DNA of 34,502 nucleotides from Candidatus Aenigmatarchaeota archaeon (GCA_014728985.1 WJKS01000015.1:1-34502), one strand, 5' to 3'; numbered from the stretch's first letter, positions 16,121 through 23,571 are shown. Notes: generated by a model from the sequence alone, not told the origin. Numbers and translations: made by a program.

Positions 16121-17101
16121 ATAAAAAGAAAAGCAATAAAGTTTGCTTCCACTTATGTCGTGTCTCTACCAATGTCCTGGTCTAGGAGATTTGATATCCC
16201 AGAAAAAAGAGAATTAACAGTTAAAGAAATGAGTGATGGATCTTTAAGAATAATACCTGGTGATTTATAAAAAAGGCAAAAGGAAATTAAGATACCAATA
16301 TTAAAGGAAGATACAGGAGACAAGATATATTATAAAATTCTTAGAAAATACCTAGAAGCTTACAAGAAAATAATCCTTGTAGGTAATTTAACAGATGAAC
16401 AGATGGATTTTATCCAGGTTATACATAGAAGGATAGTCGGGCTGGAAGTAACAGAGCAGAAAAAAGATGAGATAATTCTGACAGATCTACTTAAACCAGA
16501 AGATGTTGATTTGGATAAAGTTGTTAATCAAATGTTTTCTTTTGTAATTGCGATGACCAATGATATAATATCCCATATAAATCAGGGAAAATCACCTAAA
16601 GACAAGATTTTGGATAGAGATTCAGTTACAACAAGAAACCATAATCTAGCCTATAGATGTTGTAATATGGCCTTAAGGGATTCGATCTATCTTGGTAAGC
16701 TCAAAAAAACAACCAAAGAAATATTGATTATCTCAAGAATAATACGTTATTTGGATATGATAGGGACAATACTTGTTGGCATAAGTTATCTGATAAATAT
16801 GGAGATGACCGAAGGTATGAAAAAATACCATTATAAGGCCTTTGAAAGAGATGAGAAACTGAACAAAAAATTGGGAGGATTTCTTAAAAAATGGTTAAGT
16901 TATTTCAAAAAAACAAAAAAAGTACTTAAGAAAAACGACATCAAAGAGGCAACAGAATTGTATCTAAAGAGATTTAACTACATTTTCAGTACAAATATCC
17001 AGGGAGTTAAATCTCCAGAACATTTAACAAATATGGTCGATCTTACTGATCAGTTAAATAGTATGAGCTCCTTGATACTTAGGGACTTTATGATGTATTA
17101 A
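16121..17101 (+). pseudogene. AbrB/SpoVT-PhoU-type regulator disrupted by an in-frame TAA and lacking an ATG at the expected start
   Basis: Frame of 16403..17101 continues upstream through KEIKIPILKEDTGDKIYYKILRKYLEAYKKIILVGNLTDEQ to a TAA at 16268..16270. Before it lies an AbrB-like segment IKRKAIKFASTYVVSLPMSWSRRFDIPEKRELTVKEMSDGSLRIIPGDL. ATA sits where ATG is expected. Downstream 232 aa are PhoU-like helical repeats. Confidence 0.7.
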
Positions 17102-17160
17102 ATGCCCAGTCACCTAGTTAAATGAAAAAGAATAATTAAGCCATTTCCTAATAATTATTT

Positions 17161-17337
17161 ATGCCTGTCCCGGGAATCTGTAAAAGTTGTAGAAAAATCA
17201 GTTACACTCTCTTTATATGTACTTATTGTGGATCTAAGGTTTGTCATGTTTGCTTGGAGACTAGAAAAACACCGTGTAAATTATGTAAAAAAGAAGAGGA
17301 ACCCGACGAATTCACTGTTTTCCTAAATAGGTCTTAA
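17161..17337 (+). CDS. 58-aa double zinc-ribbon mini-protein (below the ORF-track cutoff)
   Basis: Hand translation: MPVPGICKSCRKISYTLFICTYCGSKVCHVCLETRKTPCKLCKKEEEPDEFTVFLNRS. Four CxxC pairs. Its 3' end overlaps the convergent gene by 26 nt. Confidence 0.45.
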   Translation: MPVPGICKSCRKISYTLFICTYCGSKVCHVCLETRKTPCKLCKKEEEPDEFTVFLNRS

Positions 17338-18127
17338 TTTTTCTAATGTCCTCTTCACCGTCCAAATGTAGATATTTTTTACTGCTGAGATGACCCGAAA
17401 TAAGTCCTCTTTCTACCAACTGTGAAAAAACGTCTTTTTCCAAACTTGATCCCCCATATTCAAGTATTTCTGGATCACTAACAAATACACCTGAGAAAAA
17501 TACATAAGATTCAGGTTCTTTCGGTTTTTCTACAAACTCAACTATTCTACCGCCCTCCATTTTAACTGTCCCGACCTCTTCTCTGGCTATCGTTGAACTG
17601 GAAATTAATAAAGTTGTGATCGATTTTTGTCTTACATGTTCTCTCCAAAGAGCCTTGAGGTTTATCTCATTAAATATGATGTCACAGTAAACCACCAGAA
17701 AAGTTTTTTTCACCTTACCTTTTAGTAATCTCAGAGATTCAGCTGAACCACTGGTTTTCTTTTCTTCTATAAACTCAACGTTAACGCCATAACTTTCACC
17801 GTTACCAATAACCTTGAATATCTTAGTTAGAACATTTCTTCTCGCTATTATGTAAATATCCTTGAATCCATTCTCTCTTAATTTTTTAATACCGGATTCT
17901 ATTACAGTTGTATCTCCTATTTTAAGGGTAGGTTTGTATTGATCGCCTATCTTGATATTTTTTTCATTCCCCCCCGCAAGTATAACTGCGACCTTATTTT
18001 CACCTAGGGACTTGTTTACCAGGAATTCAATTGCCTGAGATCTGTTCCTTATTGATATACCATTAACCATTGAGTCAACTTCTTTGATAGTTTTTTCATT
18101 CATAGTTATAGAGATCTTCCGTTTCAT
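17312..18127 (-). CDS. Sugar-phosphate nucleotidyltransferase fused to an N-terminal ribbon-helix-helix (CopG/NikR-like) domain
   Basis: RHH: KISITMNEKTIKEVDSMVNGISIRNRSQAIEFLVNKSL. NTP_transferase: VAVILAGGNEK...KPTLKIGDTTVIE, LVVYCDIIF, FSGVFV. Confidence 0.8.
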   Translation of the reverse strand: MKRKISITMNEKTIKEVDSMVNGISIRNRSQAIEFLVNKSLGENKVAVILAGGNEKNIKIGDQYKPTLKIGDTTVIESGIKKLRENGFKDIYIIARRNVLTKIFKVIGNGESYGVNVEFIEEKKTSGSAESLRLLKGKVKKTFLVVYCDIIFNEINLKALWREHVRQKSITTLLISSSTIAREEVGTVKMEGGRIVEFVEKPKEPESYVFFSGVFVSDPEILEYGGSSLEKDVFSQLVERGLISGHLSSKKYLHLDGEEDIRKIKTYLGKQ

Positions 18128-18428
18128 AACCCAAATAATACTATTTCAGATACTTAAATTCATACCTATTGTCGGATAAAGTAGGATGAAGGTAGTATAT
18201 TTATACCCACAATCCAATAATATTATTAACCAAAAGCAAAGCGGAGATAAACCCCACAGAGGAAATCTGATTAATTTGCGTCTCCCAGCTTTCGCTAAAA
18301 GTTTGGTTTTCAACCCCTTTCTTTTTTCTTTTAATTGATATAGAATTATCTATATTGAAACATCCTTTATTTAGAAAAATTCTTTCACGCTTCATCCATT
18401 AAGTCAGCATGTTTTAAAAAAACAAAAA

Positions 18429-18776
18429 CTAAAATTCCATTAATACATCTACTATTCTTTCGACCTTTTCCTTTTCGTCTTTACTTTTTGCCTTAAGTAG
18501 ATCTCCGAGTCTTTCTCTTAGATTCTCTCTCTTTGCAACTTCTCCTAATTCTGCAAGTCCCTTCAAAGCAACCTCAGTTTTCTCGACTCTTTCTGAAAGT
18601 TCTTTCATTTGTCTTGAAACTTCTGTTAATGCACACCAAACCTGAGCAACTTTAACATCGTCAGCTTGCATATATGCACATTTATGTTGCTTTGCTCTTT
18701 CTATTAATTCTGCTAATTCTACTTGGGCATTTCCGCAAAGATACTCTTTCCAATCCTTTTCTTCTCCAAAGAGCAT
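18429..18776 (-). CDS. Hypothetical helical protein (115 aa from the SD-supported start)
   Basis: ORF track starts at 18893, only 15-24 nt from the divergent FKBP gene. The internal ATG at 18776 is preceded by AGGTGA-N4, the spacing seen at dfx and the 87-aa gene. No family recognised. Confidence 0.55.
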   Translation of the reverse strand: MLFGEEKDWKEYLCGNAQVELAELIERAKQHKCAYMQADDVKVAQVWCALTEVSRQMKELSERVEKTEVALKGLAELGEVAKRENLRERLGDLLKAKSKDEKEKVERIVDVLMEF

Positions 18777-18917
18777 TGCATCACCTTGCTTTAACATGTT
18801 CGAGTTAAAACTTAAATACTTATCGATACCTGATGGTAGTAACAATTCTCTAAAATAGAAATTTCCAAAGACTTTTAATTCTATCCATCCCATATTATTA
18901 GATATTGGTTGTTAAAA

Positions 18918-19628
18918 ATGAAAGAAGGAGACTTTATACGGATTGATTATATAGCGAGAATAAAAGAATCTGGTCAGATTTTTGATCTTACAGATGAAGA
19001 AGTAGCTAAAAAGGAGGAAATTTATAATCCTCAAGTAAGGTACGGGCCTATGCCTGTTATCATTGGTTCTAAGTTTCTTATAAAGGGTCTAGAAGACGCT
19101 TTAAAGGATATGAAAGTCGGAGAAAAAAAGCATCTGATTGTTCAGCCTGAAGACGCCTTTGGTCAAAGGAGTGAAAAGATGATCAAATTAATACCAGAGT
19201 CGGAATTCTCAAAACAGAATATGGCCCCCTATCAGGGTATGCCGGTCAGAATAAAAAATCTACAAGGGAGAGTTCTTTCTGTATCTGGAGGAAGAGTTAA
19301 AGTTGATTTTAATCATCCTTTGGCTGGTAAAGAGCTTGAATACGATCTTGAAGTTAAAGAAAAAATCAAGGATATATCAGAAAAAGTTAGATCAATTCTC
19401 CAATTTTTCTATCGACCTACTGGTAATGAGAAGATTAATGTAAGTAAAAATAAGTCCGAAATAAAATTGGATCCAGAAAGTGATTTACCTAAGAAATTGA
19501 AGGAAAAAATAGCAGAGACAATAGTCAAGTGGATTGACGAATTAGATAAAGTAATTTTCATTGAGGAATACTCACCAAATATGTCCGGGAAAACCCAAAT
19601 TAACAAAAATACAGAAAACAAAGAATAG
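18918..19628 (+). CDS. FKBP-type peptidyl-prolyl cis-trans isomerase (long archaeal SlyD-like type)
   Basis: GDFIRIDYIARIKESGQIFD, IIGSKFLIKGLEDALKDMKVGEKK, DAFGQR and VDFNHPLAGKELEYDLEV are typical FKBP plus IF-insert motifs. ATG at 18918 preferred over TTG at 18909. Confidence 0.88.
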   Translation: MKEGDFIRIDYIARIKESGQIFDLTDEEVAKKEEIYNPQVRYGPMPVIIGSKFLIKGLEDALKDMKVGEKKHLIVQPEDAFGQRSEKMIKLIPESEFSKQNMAPYQGMPVRIKNLQGRVLSVSGGRVKVDFNHPLAGKELEYDLEVKEKIKDISEKVRSILQFFYRPTGNEKINVSKNKSEIKLDPESDLPKKLKEKIAETIVKWIDELDKVIFIEEYSPNMSGKTQINKNTENKE

Positions 19629-19633
19629 GTTAT

Positions 19634-19777
19634 ATGTCAGTTTGGAAAAACATTAAATGCCCTAACTGTGAAAAACCGAATGATAGGGAAGAATTAAAAT
19701 CAAGAAACGGCGAATGTTTCTATTGCGGATTCAGAATTGTTTCTAATCTCAACGGGTTTGTAAAACAAGCCAGTTGA
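19634..19777 (+). CDS. 47-aa zinc-ribbon mini-protein (below the ORF-track cutoff)
   Basis: Hand translation: MSVWKNIKCPNCEKPNDREELKSRNGECFYCGFRIVSNLNGFVKQAS. CPNC...CFYC. Starts 6 nt after the FKBP stop. Confidence 0.4.
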   Translation: MSVWKNIKCPNCEKPNDREELKSRNGECFYCGFRIVSNLNGFVKQAS

Positions 19778-19783
19778 CGAGTT

Positions 19784-19969
19784 ATGATAGGTATAATATT
19801 TGGTATATTACTTGGTTTTCTAATATATCAGGAATCTTGGATATCGGTTATAGTTTTACTTATCTTATTTTTGAATGAAGTCAGTCAGGGGGCTTTATTC
19901 ATGAGCTTTGAGGAAATGATAGGTCAGAAGACTAGGATTTTTTTGTATGCTGCAGCCTTTTTATCATAA
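19784..19969 (+). CDS. Possible 61-aa two-TM membrane mini-protein
   Basis: Starts 7 nt after the zinc-ribbon ORF. Hydrophobic segments IGIIFGILLGFLIY and ISVIVLLILFL. No homology evidence. Confidence 0.3.
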   Translation: MIGIIFGILLGFLIYQESWISVIVLLILFLNEVSQGALFMSFEEMIGQKTRIFLYAAAFLS

Positions 19970-20191
19970 TCTACATACTTTTATAATGTCTCTTCACTAC
20001 TTGAGGATGCTCTAGATAAGTTTTAAATAGTTTTTTGATCTAAAATTCCTTGATAACTATGTCAGACGATGATTGGGATTTTGAAGTTGATGATTGGGAC
20101 GAAAACCCAGAATTAGACGAGGAATGGTAATTTAGAACAAGTTTAAAATGTCCAAAAGCGGCTATTTATTGGAAGTGAGGTTTCTGAAAAT

Positions 20192-20422
20192 TTAACCAAA
20201 CATGGCGGAGAATCCGCTAATAACATCCTCTTCCTTTTTTTCTTGTATTTCAGGTTCGGGGTAATAATATTTCGGTTTTTCATATTTAGTCTCTGGACAT
20301 TTATGACACACCCATTTACCATATTTTTTTCGGATACATTTAGGACAACCAATAGTTTCACAATTGTTACATTCAATTAGTTCATCAGTTTTACTTTTGC
20401 AATTTGGGCAAAACAATTCCAT
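20192..20422 (-). CDS. Double zinc-ribbon protein (76 aa) with a ribosomal-stalk-like C-terminal tail
   Basis: MELFCPNC...CNNC...CPKC...CHKC, then an acidic linker ending EKKEEDVISGFSAMFG-stop. ATG at 20422 preferred over the ORF-track TTG at 20473. Confidence 0.6.
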   Translation of the reverse strand: MELFCPNCKSKTDELIECNNCETIGCPKCIRKKYGKWVCHKCPETKYEKPKYYYPEPEIQEKKEEDVISGFSAMFG

Positions 20423-20650
20423 GGTAGAAATATTGTTTTTCTTGAAATTTATAAACAATGTTCTCGGAAGCAATTAATTACGAAAAATATAAATTCCATT
20501 ATAACTAATCAATACCCTGTATCCAATGTCTTCTGACTAAAGATACTGCTTTGAATAATGGGAAAAATGAAGTCCTTGGACGGAATTAAAGTTGCTAGGG
20601 GAATTTATTATTAATCAATTTAATATTTTCTCCAGTGCTGTTGTGATACT

Positions 20651-22051
20651 ATGGTTAAGAACTTGAAAAAAGATTTGGATTATGCTGTTAAAGATGGGGT
20701 GGCCCATTCAGCTATGATGGGAATGGGCGAGAATTATCTTAGTCCTTATGCTATCGCTTTGGGAGCAAATGATGTTCAAGTAGGTTTGTTAACCTCTATA
20801 CCACAGTTACTTGGTTCCTTCTCACAGCTTTTTTCAACGAAAATCACAGAAAAGATAGGTAGCAGAAAAAAAATGGTATTGATATTTACTTTAATTCAGA
20901 CACTACTTTGGTTTCCAATAGGATTACTAATGTTTTCAAGCTATCAAGTGATCTGGAATTTGATATTACTTGTTACCGTTTATTGGATATCCGCAACTAT
21001 TGTTATCCCCGCTTGGACAAGTTGGGTTGGGGATTTAGTTCCGGTTAAATCCAAGGGAAAGTTCTTTGGTAAAAGAAGAACCTATAGTGGTATTTCTTTG
21101 TTTGTTTCACTTACTATCGCAGGCATGATTCTTTTTATTTCGTCTAAATTCCGTCCACTTTTAGGTTTTGGTATTATTTTTACTATAGCCTTTGTTTCAA
21201 AATTTATCTCCTGGAATTATCTCAGGAAGATGAAAGAGCCCGCCTTCCATGTATACGATGAGAATAAGTTTACTTTTTTTGAGTTTGTTAAGAGAATGCC
21301 AAAAACCAATTTCGGTAAATTTGTGATATTCTTTACCTTGATGACATTTTCGGTTAATATAGCTGCGCCATACTTTTCTGTCTATATGTTGAAGGATATG
21401 GGATTGAATTATTTCACTTATACCGCAATTCTAAGTGTTTCAAAAATAACAAGTTTTATTTTTATTGGTATATGGGGGAAGTATTCTGATTTTTTTGGAA
21501 ATAGAAAAATTATGGCCCTGACAGGATCAATTTTATTCCTTCTCCCAGCTTTATGGGCCTTGTCAACCAATGTTATTTATTTGATTTCTGTCCAAATTTT
21601 ATCTGGTTTTCTCTGGTCTGGTTTCAATATTTCAACTTTTAATTTTATTTTTGATGTTGTTTCTCCATCCAAAAGGGTTAGATGTGTTTCTTATTTGAAC
21701 GTGTTGAACGGTTTGGCAATATTTTTGGGAGCATCCCTGGGGAGTCTTTTAATGAGTTTTAGCACCCCTTTTTGGTCTAGTTTTATCCTAGTTTTGATAT
21801 TTTCAGCTTTGGGGAGAGTTATAGTCTCACAGATAATGTTACCTAAAATAAAAGAAGTAAAATGGGTGGACGGTAGAGGGGAGAGAAAGTTACTGATAAG
21901 TGTAATGTCAGATGTTTCTGAGGGTTTGAAATACCCGATTTCCTTTTTATCAAATAGAAGATTAATTGTAAAAAGAAGAAGTGAGAGGGTTATAGAAGAG
22001 ATAAGGAAGTTTATTGAAAAAGTACTTGGGAAGAGACATAAGTATGAATGA
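20651..22051 (+). CDS. MFS-type transporter (about 12 TM) with a cytoplasmic C-terminal extension
   Basis: Alternating hydrophobic helices throughout, with short basic loops (GSRKKM, GKRRT, GNRKIM) at MFS-typical positions. Confidence 0.85.
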   Translation: MVKNLKKDLDYAVKDGVAHSAMMGMGENYLSPYAIALGANDVQVGLLTSIPQLLGSFSQLFSTKITEKIGSRKKMVLIFTLIQTLLWFPIGLLMFSSYQVIWNLILLVTVYWISATIVIPAWTSWVGDLVPVKSKGKFFGKRRTYSGISLFVSLTIAGMILFISSKFRPLLGFGIIFTIAFVSKFISWNYLRKMKEPAFHVYDENKFTFFEFVKRMPKTNFGKFVIFFTLMTFSVNIAAPYFSVYMLKDMGLNYFTYTAILSVSKITSFIFIGIWGKYSDFFGNRKIMALTGSILFLLPALWALSTNVIYLISVQILSGFLWSGFNISTFNFIFDVVSPSKRVRCVSYLNVLNGLAIFLGASLGSLLMSFSTPFWSSFILVLIFSALGRVIVSQIMLPKIKEVKWVDGRGERKLLISVMSDVSEGLKYPISFLSNRRLIVKRRSERVIEEIRKFIEKVLGKRHKYE

Positions 22052-22344
22052 TTATATTCTTTTTAATCATAAGATTGCCCATATACAAAGAATTCCCTGT
22101 CTCCTATAGCCTCATTGGGCAGTAAAGTACAACCAACGTTCCTTAATTTAATTTCATCTCCTTCCCGGAGAACATTAGAAAACCGGCCTTACTGGATCTC
22201 TGACTCCGATACTCATTCCAGGAAGTATTGTATTACTAGTGACTAATTTTTGGAATTGAGTATATCCTTTGTATCTTGCTTGGAGATTTGTTATCATAAT
22301 GGAATAATTATACCTTAAGTTTAAATAGTGAGGTTTTTGGTAAA

Positions 22345-22475
22345 TGCAGGGGATCGGATTCGAACCGACGAACCCACTAAGGGAATAGGTATCCTATGGT
22401 CATAATCTTGAGCTTCGACATCATTAAATCAGCGCTCAATGATTCTATCGCGTTTGACCACTTCGCTACCCCTGC
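22345..22475 (-). tRNA. tRNA-Leu (anticodon CAA), class II, with two predicted introns (22414..22444 and 22391..22406)
   Basis: 131-nt precursor. Acceptor GCAGGGG/CCCCTGC; T arm GTCGG-TTCGAAT-CCGAT; long variable arm TCCCTTAGTGGGTTC. Removing 31 nt and 16 nt gives an 84-nt tRNA with a perfect anticodon arm ATAGG-CTCAAGA-CCTAT. Confidence 0.8.
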
Positions 22476-22509
22476 TTAACTACAATAATACACAGAAACA
22501 TAGATATTT

Positions 22510-23019
22510 TTAACTGATATCATTTAATTCTAATTTGAGATTTTCGACCTGAGTTTTTAGGTCATCTACCACACTATCTAATTCAGGTTTTCCTATGGCT
22601 GATTCCAATTCTTCCCTGAAACCTTTGGGTCTGATGAATTCTGCGTCCAAACTGAGGAGCTTATTATCAATCTTTTTAACACCATCTTCAATCAATTTCC
22701 TATTTTCTTCAGCTAAAACCTCAATTTCTTTTTGGACTACCATAGCATTCTTTACCATCATTGTTGTGGCCTTAAGGTCATTAAGTAGGTTAAGAACAGA
22801 ATTATATCTGTCGATTTTCACGAATAAAGGAGCGAACCTGTCTTTCTTCTTAACTTCTTCTGGTCTTCTTTTAGGACTTTTTTTAGGTACTATTTCTTCC
22901 TCAACTTCTTTCATAGCGACAGTTTTAGGAAAAGTTTCTTCTTCACCCACAGCTTTTTTAATCTCATGTATATCCGTCTTAGGTCTCTCTTCAGGTTTTT
23001 TCTTTTTGAATAAGCCCAT
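22510..23019 (-). CDS. Hypothetical coiled-coil protein with a basic N-terminus (MGLFKKKK)
   Basis: GAGGA SD 6 nt before the ATG. Lys/Glu-rich disordered N-terminal half, then APLFVKIDRYNSVLNLLNDLK and a heptad-like C-terminal region. No family assigned. Confidence 0.6.
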   Translation of the reverse strand: MGLFKKKKPEERPKTDIHEIKKAVGEEETFPKTVAMKEVEEEIVPKKSPKRRPEEVKKKDRFAPLFVKIDRYNSVLNLLNDLKATTMMVKNAMVVQKEIEVLAEENRKLIEDGVKKIDNKLLSLDAEFIRPKGFREELESAIGKPELDSVVDDLKTQVENLKLELNDIS

Positions 23020-23094
23020 GGTAATCCTCAGATGATTATTTGTTATTTATGATAATAAAAGTTTGTTTTAGGAGTTTAAAAAGTTAGAAGTAAA

Positions 23095-23168
23095 TGCGCC
23101 AGACGGGATTTGAACCCATGCTGCAAGCTTGGCAAGCTCGTGTCCTAACCAGACTAGACTACTGGCGC
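23095..23168 (-). tRNA. tRNA-Gly (anticodon GCC)
   Basis: Acceptor GCGCCAG/CTGGCGC; anticodon arm CGAGC-TTGCCAA-GCTTG; T arm ATGGG-TTCAAAT-CCCGT. 74 nt, no CCA encoded. Confidence 0.9.
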
Positions 23169-23175
23169 TTAAATC

Positions 23176-23469
23176 TTATCCAAAAATGCCCCCGAATCCC
23201 TGCATTGCTTGATCTTCCTCTTCCTCGATTTTCTTTAATACTTTTTCTTTTGTTTCTTTATCTACTTTTTCTCCTAAATCTTTCATTAAATCTTCTGATT
23301 TTTCACAGTTTTCTTCTGTCCCTGAAATATAAACATAGTATTTATCTTCAAATCCAATTGTTTCTCCGTCTTTGAATTTTATACTAGATCTCCCTACTAG
23401 ATCATCATTAAAAAGGACATCTTTAACCTTCTGAAAGTCTGACTTTTCTATCTCATATACTAATTTCAA
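23176..23469 (-). CDS. Small acidic protein (97 aa) with a ribosomal-stalk-like C-terminal tail
   Basis: Beta-rich N-terminal domain and a Lys/Glu linker ending KKIEEEEDQAMQGFGGIFG-stop. The stop lies 7 nt upstream of the 5' end of tRNA-Gly on the same strand. Confidence 0.65.
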   Translation of the reverse strand: MKLVYEIEKSDFQKVKDVLFNDDLVGRSSIKFKDGETIGFEDKYYVYISGTEENCEKSEDLMKDLGEKVDKETKEKVLKKIEEEEDQAMQGFGGIFG

Positions 23470-23571
23470 ATAACCACCTTAACCTATTTTACTAATAACA
23501 TTCTTATATTTTTGAGTTTTTTTAGAAATAGAACTAATTAAATGTAGAATTAGAGTAAAAGAAGCAGAATT

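Noticed and set aside
18201-18395. 64-aa minus-strand ORF in the spacer between the nucleotidyltransferase gene and the helical-protein gene
   Set aside because: It has no SD or TATA at proper spacing and no recognisable motif. Only a short hydrophobic C-terminus supports it, which is insufficient evidence to call.
22414-22444. Possible C/D-box sRNA inside tRNA-Leu intron 1 (CTGA followed by TGATG)
   Set aside because: Only one D'-like and one imperfect C'-like box are present in 31 nt. There are no terminal C and D boxes or guide-length spacers, so this is too little for a box C/D RNA.
22595-23035. 146-aa plus-strand ORF opposite the coiled-coil gene
   Set aside because: The sense gene is Lys/Glu-rich (AAR/GAR codons), which automatically gives an open Phe/Leu/Ser-rich antisense frame. 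It has no SD and a low-complexity product.
23094-23375. 93-aa plus-strand ORF
   Set aside because: It begins inside tRNA-Gly and runs antisense through the 97-aa acidic gene. It is an artefact of the Glu/Lys-rich opposite strand.
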